Shown: positions 18,886 to 28,668, numbered from the stretch's first letter. The stretch is 64,000 nucleotides of DNA from Bacteroidales bacterium (GCA_003157015.1 PMIJ01000114.1:15240-79239), one strand, 5' to 3'. Numbers and translations: made by a program. The notes: a model not told the origin generated them from the letters alone.

Positions 18886-19950
18886 ATGAAATTCAGAAAA
18901 ATAATTGTTCCGTTGATCCTGGCATCAGTTATCGCGATAGGTATAGTATCGTGTACCGGCAATGCTGATAAAAAAAATACTCACACAGGTGTGGAATATT
19001 ACAGGAACCTTCAATTCAGTGAAACTCCATATGATATTGAAAAAGGAAATCATCCGTTAACTGCCGAACAGGCAAAAACAATTAACAGCTATAAATTTAC
19101 TTATGATAAGACTGGACGTCTACTGTCGGTAGAATATGTAAGAAATAATGTTCTTCTTGGCTATTCATCAATGCAGGGTGCAGCCAAAATTACCTACGAT
19201 TATAGCACCAGTCTGCAGACAAAGCATTATTTCGATAAGGATAATAAACCAATTGAGTCAGCCGGCGTTTTTGCTGCTCAGTATTCTTTAGATCCTGGTG
19301 GGAAAAGGACCGGTCTGATGTTTTTAGGCAAAGACGGATCGATGGTCGAGAACAGGAATAAAATCCACTCATATACATGGAGCGTACTGCCCGATGGTAT
19401 GGTAAAAGAACTCCGTTACAATCTTAAAGGAGAAGAAACTGTTATGAATCCATTCTGTCCTTTTTATGAACTGAGGTTTACTTATAATGACAAAGGGTAT
19501 ACAATCAGGATGGCAAATTTTAAAGCCGATACACTTTATAATTGTACCGCGGAGAATTGTGGCGATATCGGTGTTTCTTATTTCGCTTTCACTCCAAATC
19601 AGAGTGGAGACCTTGAAAACTTTTCAGTTTTTAATGTAACCGGACAAATGTCAAACCTTTATTGGGGATGGTCAAAGCGTATTAATAAGGTCGATGAGAA
19701 TGGATATGTACTGGAAACTACTTTATTCGATCAGGATAACGAGTATGTTAAGGGTAAGCTGGTTCCTGTCACTCGGAATGCTTATGATAGCCATGGTGCC
19801 GTCATCGAAGTAAAGAATATGGATAAAGACGGGAATCTTATTAATAGTCCGGATAATGGGGTAGCTATAACACAATACAAATATGATGAACTGGGAAATC
19901 GTACAGAAACTCTCACGTTCAATAAAGACATGGCGCCGGTAAAGGTTTAG
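18886..19950 (+). CDS. Hypothetical lipoprotein with YD-like beta-hairpin repeats
   Basis: Lipobox IVSC; repeated YDxxG units (YDKTG, YNDKG, YDSHG, YDELG). Confidence 0.75.
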   Translation: MKFRKIIVPLILASVIAIGIVSCTGNADKKNTHTGVEYYRNLQFSETPYDIEKGNHPLTAEQAKTINSYKFTYDKTGRLLSVEYVRNNVLLGYSSMQGAAKITYDYSTSLQTKHYFDKDNKPIESAGVFAAQYSLDPGGKRTGLMFLGKDGSMVENRNKIHSYTWSVLPDGMVKELRYNLKGEETVMNPFCPFYELRFTYNDKGYTIRMANFKADTLYNCTAENCGDIGVSYFAFTPNQSGDLENFSVFNVTGQMSNLYWGWSKRINKVDENGYVLETTLFDQDNEYVKGKLVPVTRNAYDSHGAVIEVKNMDKDGNLINSPDNGVAITQYKYDELGNRTETLTFNKDMAPVKV

Positions 19951-19972
19951 CAACTTCAGAAACTATATAGAT

Positions 19973-21016
19973 ATGAAGAGAAAATATTTTTCCACATTTA
20001 TGCTTTTTATTCTGGTACTTTTTGCTTTTTCAGGATGCAACGGGAAAAGAGCTGAAACCAGGAAGGAAGCTGAACAGGTGGTGAACAAGCCTGTAGCCCC
20101 TGTTGCAATCGGAACCGAGACTGCTCTCTTGCTGAAAGATCTTAAGGAGAATGGTGATTATGTAAACAGTAAAGTATTTCCGTCGCTGATCAAAGCCTCA
20201 ATAGTAAATGAAAGTCTTGGCAAAAATATTCTTGTTGTTGATATTCGTCCTGCAAACCAATTTGCTCAAGGGCACATCAAGGGGTCAGTGAATAAGAAAT
20301 TTGAAGATCTGCCTTCCTATTTTGAAAAAGGGATTAAGCCATTTGAATTTGATAAAATAATTTTGGTAAGCGAAGACGGACAGGTGTCTAGTTATACGAC
20401 GTGCCTGTTAAGGCTTATGGGATATGGCAATGTCTATTCGATGCGCTGGGGGATGTCTGCCTGGAATAATATGTACGCTAAAGAGGGATGGCTAAAAGGG
20501 GTATCAGGAAAGTATGAAACCAAACTCGAAAATACTGTAAATGAAAGACCAGCCCTGCTTGGCATGCCTGAGCTTAAAACAGGCTTAACTACAGGATCCG
20601 AAATAGGAGCAGCGAGATTTCTGAAAGTATTTGAAGGAGGAATCTCAGATATTTTTGTAACAGCCGATGAGGTTTTCAGCAACCCTAAAAAGTATTACAT
20701 CATTAACCTTGACCGGAAGGATAAATATGAAGATGGACATATACCCGGATCAGTAAGATATAAACCGGAAGGCACGTTGGGATATACTGATGAGATGGCT
20801 TCTATTCCTTTTGATAAGCCTGTAGTTGTTTACTGCGCAACAGGGCACAATTCTGGGTTTGCCACAGCTTATTTGCGTTTGTTTGGCTATGATGCACATA
20901 CTCTCAAATATGGAAACAATGGTTTTATGTATGATAAGATGGTAAAAGAGAGAACTGCTTTATCGTGGCTTCCCTTTGGTTCAGAAGATGTCAGTAATTT
21001 TGAAGTGGTAAAATAG
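19973..21016 (+). CDS. Tandem rhodanese-domain lipoprotein (sulfurtransferase)
   Basis: Lipobox FSGC; two GHI(K/P)GS rhodanese motifs; C-terminal domain has catalytic loop YCATGHNS, N-terminal domain lacks the Cys. Confidence 0.85.
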   Translation: MKRKYFSTFMLFILVLFAFSGCNGKRAETRKEAEQVVNKPVAPVAIGTETALLLKDLKENGDYVNSKVFPSLIKASIVNESLGKNILVVDIRPANQFAQGHIKGSVNKKFEDLPSYFEKGIKPFEFDKIILVSEDGQVSSYTTCLLRLMGYGNVYSMRWGMSAWNNMYAKEGWLKGVSGKYETKLENTVNERPALLGMPELKTGLTTGSEIGAARFLKVFEGGISDIFVTADEVFSNPKKYYIINLDRKDKYEDGHIPGSVRYKPEGTLGYTDEMASIPFDKPVVVYCATGHNSGFATAYLRLFGYDAHTLKYGNNGFMYDKMVKERTALSWLPFGSEDVSNFEVVK

Positions 21017-21049
21017 TTTTTCTGACTTTTTTAATACTTAAAATTCCGA

Positions 21050-21505
21050 TCAGTTCAGAGTATCTGGCCGGAATTTGTATTTAAGAACCTCATTGTCAGT
21101 AGAATCAGTTAGAATGTAAATATTCCTGCATCCCATCTGACTCAGAAGCATCCATATTCTTGCCGATAAACCAGGATCGGAAGAATAAAGCAATACGGGG
21201 CCAATATGCTTCATGATCAGACTTTCATGATTTTTATTCAATATTGAATCAGGAGGGATAATTCTGGAATCACCTGGTAACTCCATAATACGGCTTACAT
21301 CGTTATCGAGAGAGATCATCAGGACTTTCCCTTTTAGAGAACCTGCCTGTTTGATGCTTATGATATTCGATTTATCTATTGATGGTTCAGCCCATTTTTT
21401 GGCATCATTTTTAAAATGATTCACGCCTAATGATCTGATAAGTATAAGAATCAATATTGGGAGTACCACTCCAATTGCCAGTTTGAATTTTTTTATTAAT
21501 CCCAT
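21050..21505 (-). CDS. Small membrane-anchored degenerate rhodanese-like protein
   Basis: N-terminal hydrophobic helix; VLLYSSD..SARIWMLLSQMG..NIYIL resembles a rhodanese C-terminal half. Start MGLIKK. Confidence 0.6.
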   Translation of the reverse strand: MGLIKKFKLAIGVVLPILILILIRSLGVNHFKNDAKKWAEPSIDKSNIISIKQAGSLKGKVLMISLDNDVSRIMELPGDSRIIPPDSILNKNHESLIMKHIGPVLLYSSDPGLSARIWMLLSQMGCRNIYILTDSTDNEVLKYKFRPDTLN

Positions 21506-21643
21506 CTTTGATTCTTGAATATTGTTTCTCGTTTTGCGTTCCTCGTTCCTCGTTAAAATCAGACCTTGATTACTTGCAGCGTCATTGCGAGCGGAGCGAA
21601 GCAATCTTTTTCCTTTTTCCTTTCGCCCTTATCCTTCTTCCTT

Positions 21644-22255
21644 CTACTCACATCCTCCGTCAAGTTTTTTAGCAGCTAAGTGCTTTGAGTTGACGTATTT
21701 CATTTTCAGGCTGTCAGGCAGACTATTCATTTCAGTAAATAATTTTTTTGCCCTTGATCTTGTTTCAAAAAGCGCATTTTCCCTTGCCGAAATCCTTTCC
21801 CCTGTAAAGTTGCTGTTCATAACAGTATGGAACCATTCATTCAGGCCGCCTTTCATTACATAGGAATTATTATATTTTAAACCTCTCGTTATTGCCAGGG
21901 CATAATTTGCATCAAAATCGCCGTTTGAATAGAAGATATTTCGTGTTTTCCCATTGTTAAGAAGATTGACTGGATCGTGTTCAAGAAGTTTACCATAGGG
22001 AATATTTACTGAACCCGGTATATTCTCCGCTCTGAATTCTTCAGGTGATCTTAGATCAATAATCTGAACAGAACTATCCTCTGAAACAATGAATCTGGCA
22101 ACCTGGTCAACTGTAAAATAGTTGCCATTGTCGAGAACTTCAGAAAGAAGCTTTTGCGGCTTTCCGGTAAATGACCTGCTCCCGGAAAGTGGCAATAATG
22201 CAAGGATAAGGCCGATACTCAACAGACAAACTGAAAATTTTTCCCGTGCGTTCAT
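21644..22255 (-). CDS. Rhodanese-like domain protein with a C-terminal GGCE tail
   Basis: IIDLRSPEEF..NIPGSVNIP and YVMKGGLNEW; active loop YSNGD lacks Cys; ends KKLDGGCE. Confidence 0.8.
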   Translation of the reverse strand: MNAREKFSVCLLSIGLILALLPLSGSRSFTGKPQKLLSEVLDNGNYFTVDQVARFIVSEDSSVQIIDLRSPEEFRAENIPGSVNIPYGKLLEHDPVNLLNNGKTRNIFYSNGDFDANYALAITRGLKYNNSYVMKGGLNEWFHTVMNSNFTGERISARENALFETRSRAKKLFTEMNSLPDSLKMKYVNSKHLAAKKLDGGCE

Positions 22256-22265
22256 TTTTTTGTAT

Positions 22266-22868
22266 TTAAATTTCGCTTGAAATATCTGGTCTTGCAAATT
22301 TCTTTTCTGCAACCTCTGCAAGCCAGAACATTGCAACGGCCGCTACAATAAGAAGAAAAGTGAAAAGACCAGGTGATATACCCATCACCTCATTGATCTT
22401 AACAGGACCCTTGTATGATCCATTAGCCAGTTTTTGAATGTAGGGATATGTTTCTGCAAAAAGGAATGCACCTGTCAATCCACCAAGGAAAAATATCATT
22501 GCATCTATCTTACCGATTGAAAGAGCACATAAACCAGTTCCGGGGCAAAACCCACCCATTATAAACCCGGCTCCCATAATAATTCCGCCAACTATTGAAG
22601 CAGCCACATAATACTCATTCACAAATACAAGATTAAGGTTAAGCAGTCCAAAGTAACTTAACAGTTGTGACCCCACAAGTGCAACAATTGCGGCAGTAAA
22701 AAATACTTTGATTACTGTCGTATCATATCCATAAAACATTCCAGCCAGCTTCCTGCTGGAAGAAAAACCAGCCTGTTCAAGAGCAAAGCCGAAACCGACC
22801 CCAATCAGAAGAGCGATTAGCAAATCGAGCCATTCAGGCATTGATATTAAGGAAGATATAGGTCCCAT
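22266..22868 (-). CDS. YeeE/YedE family sulfur-compound transporter subunit
   Basis: GFGFALEQAGF and GFIMGGFCPGTG motifs; hydrophobic. Confidence 0.85.
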   Translation of the reverse strand: MGPISSLISMPEWLDLLIALLIGVGFGFALEQAGFSSSRKLAGMFYGYDTTVIKVFFTAAIVALVGSQLLSYFGLLNLNLVFVNEYYVAASIVGGIIMGAGFIMGGFCPGTGLCALSIGKIDAMIFFLGGLTGAFLFAETYPYIQKLANGSYKGPVKINEVMGISPGLFTFLLIVAAVAMFWLAEVAEKKFARPDISSEI

Positions 22869-22991
22869 TTTAAATTTTTTAAGTCTTTTTGTCTTTTACT
22901 TTTTTTAACTACGGAGTTTCACGGCTTTCGTTTTATTTTAATCCCAGCCTTGTATTATCTCTGTGCCCTTCGCCCTTCGCCATGTGCCCTT

Positions 22992-23501
22992 TCAAATCCA
23001 GTTTTTCCTGAAGAACCATGCAAAAAGATAGGCAGAACCGAATATTGCAACCATTGTTACAAATCCGGCTACAGATAGTACTGCCATTCCTGAAAGTGCT
23101 GCACCGCTTGTACATCCACGGGCCAGCTGGGCCCCATAAACAAAAAAGACACCGCCCAGGAAAGCAAAGACCACTCGCCTCGAATTAGAAATCTTTGGAG
23201 ATTTTTCAATTTTGAATTTCAGCCTTTTGGAAACGGCTCCCGATAAAAAACCACCCGCAACTACACCGAGTATTTCAATTGTGAGCCAGTTCTTTAATGG
23301 CTTTTTCCCATCTTCAAAATACTTGCTGTAATATATTGATCCGTCTGCGTGCGGACGATCGACGGCTCCCACTATTGAGACTACGCAATATTTAAGGCCG
23401 CCGCTTGCACCCAGTCCGCGGCCGGCAAGGAACATAGCCAGAAGCAGGACTATGCCAAGCATAGTACCTGCCATGTACGGATTCATATATTTCTTTTTCA
23501 T
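22992..23501 (-). CDS. YeeE/YedE family sulfur-compound transporter subunit
   Basis: NPYMAG, GLGASG and GAQLARGCTSGAALSG motifs. Start MKKKYMNPY. Confidence 0.85.
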   Translation of the reverse strand: MKKKYMNPYMAGTMLGIVLLLAMFLAGRGLGASGGLKYCVVSIVGAVDRPHADGSIYYSKYFEDGKKPLKNWLTIEILGVVAGGFLSGAVSKRLKFKIEKSPKISNSRRVVFAFLGGVFFVYGAQLARGCTSGAALSGMAVLSVAGFVTMVAIFGSAYLFAWFFRKNWI

Positions 23502-23680
23502 ATGAAACGTCTTCAGTTTTTCGCATAAATACAAATTTAGCATATCTATGGCTCCAGTCATAACAGTTAGCAGTCGATAATGTTCATAACCTCTTTTTAG
23601 GTTCTTAGCGTCTAAACATAAGACTGCTTCGTCTCCGCCAAACCATCTTAATATCATTAAGATTAAGGAGACAAATTTCG

Positions 23681-23688
23681 TACATTTG
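23681..23688 (+). promoter_or_regulatory. Bacteroidota -7 promoter element (TAnnTTTG) for truA
   Basis: TACATTTG ends 10 bp before the truA ATG. Confidence 0.6.
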
Positions 23689-23697
23689 CGGACTAAT

Positions 23698-24483
23698 ATG
23701 AAAAAGATGGGAAGATTCAAATTAACAATTGAATACGACGGTACACGTTATTCAGGCTGGCAGATGCAGAAGGGTGGCAGAACAATTCAGGGCGAAATTC
23801 TGGATGCATGTCGCGAATTATTTAAAAATGATGAGATTGATATTTTCGGGGCAGGACGGACGGATGGCGGAGTTCACGCATCAGGACAGGTTGCTCACCT
23901 CGACGTTGTAACTGATCTTGCTCCACTGAAGATAAAATATGGAATTAATGACCGGCTGCCACCTGATATTTGCATTATAAATGTTGAAGAGGCACATCAG
24001 AAATTCCATGCAAGGCATGATGCAAATGCCCGTAGTTATATTTACCAGATTAGCAGAAGACGAACTGCTTTCGGAAAAAAATTCGTATGGTGGATAAAAG
24101 ACCCGCTCGATATTAATCTTATGAACGAAGCTGCAAAACATTTTCCCGGGCTAAAAGACTACAGATACTTTACCGACGAAGAGGCTGAGACTTTATCAAC
24201 AAAAGTGGAAGTATTACATGCAAAAGTGAATGATTTTGGTGATATGCTTGTTTTTCATGTCGTAGGGTCACACTTTCTCTGGAAACAGGTAAGAAGAATG
24301 ACTGGAGTTCTGGTTGAAGTTGGAAGAGGCAAACTTTCTCCTGCTGATGTTGGTACATTTTTCAAAATGAAAACAGATATACCTGCAAAGCTTACAGCCC
24401 CACCGAGTGGATTATTTCTTGAAAAAGTATATTACAAGAAAGAGGAGATCTCTTACGAGACACAACCAATCATTAATATTTAA
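23698..24483 (+). CDS. truA: tRNA pseudouridine(38-40) synthase
   Basis: IEYDGTRYSGWQ, GAGRTDGGVHA, FLWKQVR and TAPPSGLFL motifs. Confidence 0.95.
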   Translation: MKKMGRFKLTIEYDGTRYSGWQMQKGGRTIQGEILDACRELFKNDEIDIFGAGRTDGGVHASGQVAHLDVVTDLAPLKIKYGINDRLPPDICIINVEEAHQKFHARHDANARSYIYQISRRRTAFGKKFVWWIKDPLDINLMNEAAKHFPGLKDYRYFTDEEAETLSTKVEVLHAKVNDFGDMLVFHVVGSHFLWKQVRRMTGVLVEVGRGKLSPADVGTFFKMKTDIPAKLTAPPSGLFLEKVYYKKEEISYETQPIINI

Positions 24484-24591
24484 ATTACTGCATACTTAAT
24501 ATTGCTGCTTACTGTTTGCTAGTTTGGTTTCGCGTTCCGTGTTTCTCGTTGACTTGTTATTTACCTCTTTGTTGCTCTGTGCTCCTCTGCG

Positions 24592-25560
24592 TCACTCTGT
24601 GAAAGTTCTTCTTTCTTTATTGCATTCGCATTCCACAACAGTACCTATTTGCTGACTAAGATTCATTTTGATAAGTCGGTCAGTTCTTCCATATAAACAT
24701 TTATTACAGGTTGAAAAGAGTCCCAGATCCCAAGTATCTGCGAAAACCCGTCCTGCCTTTAATCCAATTCCATATTCCAGAACTTCTTCCAGGGAATGAA
24801 TATCCGGTAAGCTGAAATCTCCTTTATTCATCAATAAATCAATAGCTCCGTTTCCGGCTCTGACAGGAATAACTGTACAACATTCTACACCGGAGCTGAA
24901 TGCAAAATCGAGTGACCGTTCAGCCCAAAAAACACCTTCTGATTCTGAAAGAAACGGTGGTTTAAGCAATATAAATGCCCTTGTATTAATATCATGTTTT
25001 GTAAGAAAGCTGACAGAATTACTGAAATCGTCAATTGTCATCAGTTTATTAAGCTTACCTAAAATCTTTTTGTTTACAGTTTCAAGTCCAAGAGCAATCT
25101 GTAGTTCAGTTTTAAGCATATTTCTGAAATCCAGGCATTTATTATTGATTAGCCTGGGATGACTTTCAATAATGACTGTCTCAAAATCCTTCAGAATTGA
25201 GGCAATATTTTCATAATCTACCATCGGAACAGCCCTGTTATCAAAGAAGCTTCCGCTGTTATAGAGTTTCAGATGCTTAACATCTGGCATTTGAGACAGG
25301 GCTTGTTCAATCTGCGCCGGAATTGCCCCGGAAGGAACAGATTCATCTGTAGTGTTCTTCCAAAGATCGCACATCAGGCAATGAAAGGGACATTCCCTGT
25401 TGGTCAGAAATATAATTCCTGTATCTTCAATGCTCCCTGACACTGTTCGTTCCTTTTCGACCATCCAGCCATAAGGCTTCAGAGGGTCGACAGGATTTTT
25501 ATTTCCCCGCGAGGCTACAATCCATTGATCATTTATAAGCAGATCTGTCTTTTCACTCAT
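24592..25560 (-). CDS. Radical SAM protein, RaSEA / TIGR01210-like
   Basis: CPFHCLMC (CxxxCxxC), KLYNSGSFFD, IESHP, ALGLET and LLKPPFLSE motifs; extra C-terminal cysteines. Confidence 0.8.
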   Translation of the reverse strand: MSEKTDLLINDQWIVASRGNKNPVDPLKPYGWMVEKERTVSGSIEDTGIIFLTNRECPFHCLMCDLWKNTTDESVPSGAIPAQIEQALSQMPDVKHLKLYNSGSFFDNRAVPMVDYENIASILKDFETVIIESHPRLINNKCLDFRNMLKTELQIALGLETVNKKILGKLNKLMTIDDFSNSVSFLTKHDINTRAFILLKPPFLSESEGVFWAERSLDFAFSSGVECCTVIPVRAGNGAIDLLMNKGDFSLPDIHSLEEVLEYGIGLKAGRVFADTWDLGLFSTCNKCLYGRTDRLIKMNLSQQIGTVVECECNKERRTFTE

Positions 25561-26881
25561 AACTTGAAAGAAACTCTTTCCTGTAGGCTATCTCCTTTTC
25601 AGGGAAATGTTTGTTGAAATTTCTGTCGGAGGCTGCGCCATGCTGAAAACGTCTTTTCTGAAAAACGGGCATTTCTATTCCTGTAATTGCTTTAACGCCT
25701 GCGGAAACAACTTTACCTTTAAGTTCATAGAGTTTTTCATGATCCCAATTGGTCATATCTATGTATGGAATACCTTCAGATATTTCTATCACATTCGGTA
25801 ATGTATAAGGACTGAACCCTTCAAAACCCATGAGATCACCGGTAGCAAATGTCCGCATATATCCCCTGCTTAAGCCTCCGGAATAAGTTAATGAATGTTT
25901 AATGGATTCCACTCCCCAGCCTTCATGATAGAGCATTAGATTATTAAGGACACTTTTTATAGTTAATTCCGGATTTTCTTCAATTGGATAATCTTTCAGG
26001 TTTTCATCCCCGCCATCGCCGTCGATTAAATATTTCCAATCGGGATAGCATGACCTTATTCCCTGCAAAAGAGCTAAATTCATTGTTGCAGACTGAATAT
26101 CAAGAGCTTTATAATCTTCGACAACTTTCACTGCTTTTTTCCAATCCAATGATGAATAATCCACTTCAACCGGTTCGAGGAATAATCCGAGATTCACCGC
26201 TTCCAGAAATTTCCTGGCCTGGAGCAAATCAGCTCCGTCTCCATCAATTGAAAGAGTGAAAGCTTTCAATCTCGACGGACTTTCACCAAGTTCTCTGAGT
26301 GCATGATATGTCAGGAGGAATACAGAGCCACTGTCAATCCCTGCAGAAAAAGTTACGCCTACAGGACCCGATTTGGCACGGAACTTAAGCCACTTTTTAA
26401 TCTCATTATATAAAGTTCTGATATATTTTTCTCCGATGCTTTCCGGATCATAACCTGAGAATCTGTTGCGCTCAGGATCAAAGAAGCGTTCATAGACGGG
26501 GTTAGGGTCAGGACAACCCAAAAGTTCAATTTTAGTAATATAATGGGCCGGAGCCATCCTTGTATAAGATGGATGAAACTGATGATCAAGTCCTTCCTTT
26601 TTCAGGTAGTTGTAAATTACATCAATTCGCTCAGCGATAACCAGTTCGGGACCACCCGGACGTTTAGCTATAAAATACCTGATCGGACGTCCTATCGATC
26701 TGGCCATCCTGATTGTTTTACCCTCAACTGAGACCAGTGAAAACTGTCCGTCGATCGTCCTTACAGCATTGACATCACCTGCCTTTACGATATTTACGGC
26801 TTCTTCATGCGTCATATTATAAATGACATTTTTCTCTGGATTTGTGAGATCCGTAACATTGCTAACATAATGATTATTCAT
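25553..26881 (-). CDS. Asparagine-synthetase-like ATP-dependent amide ligase without the glutaminase Cys
   Basis: PP-loop FSAGIDSG and DGDGGDE. N-terminus MNNHY lacks the Cys2 of Ntn glutaminases. Overlaps the radical SAM gene by 8 bp. Confidence 0.8.
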   Translation of the reverse strand: MNNHYVSNVTDLTNPEKNVIYNMTHEEAVNIVKAGDVNAVRTIDGQFSLVSVEGKTIRMARSIGRPIRYFIAKRPGGPELVIAERIDVIYNYLKKEGLDHQFHPSYTRMAPAHYITKIELLGCPDPNPVYERFFDPERNRFSGYDPESIGEKYIRTLYNEIKKWLKFRAKSGPVGVTFSAGIDSGSVFLLTYHALRELGESPSRLKAFTLSIDGDGADLLQARKFLEAVNLGLFLEPVEVDYSSLDWKKAVKVVEDYKALDIQSATMNLALLQGIRSCYPDWKYLIDGDGGDENLKDYPIEENPELTIKSVLNNLMLYHEGWGVESIKHSLTYSGGLSRGYMRTFATGDLMGFEGFSPYTLPNVIEISEGIPYIDMTNWDHEKLYELKGKVVSAGVKAITGIEMPVFQKRRFQHGAASDRNFNKHFPEKEIAYRKEFLSSYE

Positions 26882-26922
26882 ATAATTGGATTTTTAAATG
26901 TTCTTATAAATCAAATTGCCTT

Positions 26923-27004
26923 TTGTAGAGACGCCCAATTTGGGCGTCTCTACAACAAATTTATCACAAAATTAGAAATAGGAGACACCCAGATTGGGCG
27001 TCTC
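26923..27004. repeat. GTAG-type REP palindrome doublet
   Basis: ttgtagagacgcccaa-t-ttgggcgtctctacaa (perfect 16-bp arms, 26923-26955) and a degenerate second copy at 26981-27004. Confidence 0.85.
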
Positions 27005-27006
27005 AA

Positions 27007-28668
27007 CTATTTCGATACAATTCCTGTTCCTTCTTTAATAGTAATATAACGGTCCGATGCAATTTTATTGTATACCTCCTTTTTCCTGTCGGACCATCTG
27101 ATTTCAAGTATGTCGATCATCTTTTCCTTACCGAGTCCGAAATGTACTCTTGGGTCATTGTTAGTAAGATAGGAAGTTGCCCATTGATTTATCATGACAT
27201 GTTTTTTCCCGCCGGCGGTAAGGGTTACTTTTGCTCCTATTGCAGCTGCTGGACCGTCCTTTCCTTTGAGTGTCAATCCGAGCCAGTGATTCTTGTTGCC
27301 TCCATCGTTTCTTAAGAGGACAGGCGTTCCTTGTTTATCAAGATGAGAAACAATAATATCGAGGTCTCCGTCATTGTCAAAATCCCATACAGCCAAAGCT
27401 CTGCCGGAACGCTTGGTTGAGAAGTAAGAACCATGTTCTTTTCCTACATTCTTAAAATGACCTGTTCCATCATTCTCCAGCAATAATGGATATTGCGGGA
27501 CAAGTTCTTCTGCAGTTCCATTTGCGGCCACTATATCGAGGTTACCGTCGTTATCATAATCAAAAAGTTGTGCACCCCAGCTGCCTTTGCCTGCCATGGC
27601 AGCCGCAACGCCACTTTCCTCAGTAATATCCTCAAATAGGCCATTACCAAGATTGCGGTAAAGAGCTCCATAATCAAGGTCTGATACAAGGATATCAATC
27701 AATCCATCGCCATCAACATCACCAATTGATGCGTGCATGGAACCTGTTCCTTCACCATGGCTGTTTGCTGCCACACCGCTTTGCACCCCGACTTCCTTAT
27801 AAATTCCATTGTCATTTCTGAAAAGGAAATTCAGCTGGTGATCGTTTGCCTGAAATATATCAAGATCACCGTCATCATCGTAATCAAATACTGTCAGCCC
27901 CATACACTTAGAATCGGGGTAATAAAGATTATTTTTCCTGGTAACATCAATAAATTTTCCATCGGCTTGTTGTTCGTAAAGCATTGATGCCTGGCCCCTA
28001 TACTCAGTTGGACTCGGCATCATATTTGGTGAAGCAGGAGTAAAATAAGCAGGGTTAAAAGCCAGAAAGTTGCCAACCATAGCATCCAGCCTTCCATCAT
28101 GGTTATAGTCCCAGAATGAGACACCAATACTCCACTTAGTAAAACCGTTTAACGTATCAGGTCCGCTAAGGCCTAATGAAGATGTTATATCGGTAAATGT
28201 TCCGTTGCCATTGTTATGGTAGAAGACATTTGGTCCATAATTCAGAACATAAAGATCCTGATATCCATCGTTATCGAGATCAATGGCCCCTGCAGCCATG
28301 CTCCACGTGTGGCGGCAATCTACTCCGGCCGCTTTGGAAACCTCTGTAAATGTGCCATTACCATTGTTTCTATAAAGATCATTATGTGAATTTTCGTAAA
28401 CTTTTCCTTCAGGATCTGATATGCCTTCAAGGTATGTTCCATTCATAAGGTAGAGATCCATTAACCCATCGTTGTTGTAATCAAAAATTGTAATTCCCGA
28501 CCCACTGCTCTCAAGGATATTTTTGTATGTGTCATCTCCATAGGTATATTTGAAAGTGATGCCTGCCTTTTTTGTTACATCAGTGAAAGTCACATTATTT
28601 TTCTGAGCAGCGGATTCGGAAGTTACCCGTATCAACAAGAACAAACATAAAAAACCGGTTAATTTCAT
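27007..28668 (-). CDS. CRTAC1-family FG-GAP/VCBS propeller with ASPIC/UnbV domain, secreted
   Basis: Repeated DxDxDGxxD calcium loops; C-terminal SYLTNNDPRVHFGLG...IRWS. Confidence 0.9.
   Translation of the reverse strand: MKLTGFLCLFLLIRVTSESAAQKNNVTFTDVTKKAGITFKYTYGDDTYKNILESSGSGITIFDYNNDGLMDLYLMNGTYLEGISDPEGKVYENSHNDLYRNNGNGTFTEVSKAAGVDCRHTWSMAAGAIDLDNDGYQDLYVLNYGPNVFYHNNGNGTFTDITSSLGLSGPDTLNGFTKWSIGVSFWDYNHDGRLDAMVGNFLAFNPAYFTPASPNMMPSPTEYRGQASMLYEQQADGKFIDVTRKNNLYYPDSKCMGLTVFDYDDDGDLDIFQANDHQLNFLFRNDNGIYKEVGVQSGVAANSHGEGTGSMHASIGDVDGDGLIDILVSDLDYGALYRNLGNGLFEDITEESGVAAAMAGKGSWGAQLFDYDNDGNLDIVAANGTAEELVPQYPLLLENDGTGHFKNVGKEHGSYFSTKRSGRALAVWDFDNDGDLDIIVSHLDKQGTPVLLRNDGGNKNHWLGLTLKGKDGPAAAIGAKVTLTAGGKKHVMINQWATSYLTNNDPRVHFGLGKEKMIDILEIRWSDRKKEVYNKIASDRYITIKEGTGIVSK

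Noticed and set aside
21644-21646. Stop-codon recoding after the GGCE tail
   Set aside because: The stop is TAG followed by repeat-like sequence, with no sign of a continued domain or of recoding machinery in the window.
23698-25560. truA and the RaSEA-like gene as a tRNA-modification cluster
   Set aside because: They are convergent, not co-transcribed, and no arcTGT or ArcS homolog is present. The adjacency may be chance.
25553-26881. Lasso peptide cyclase or canonical asnB
   Set aside because: No precursor peptide, B1/RRE or B2 protease gene is visible nearby, and the glutaminase Cys2 needed for canonical AsnB is missing.
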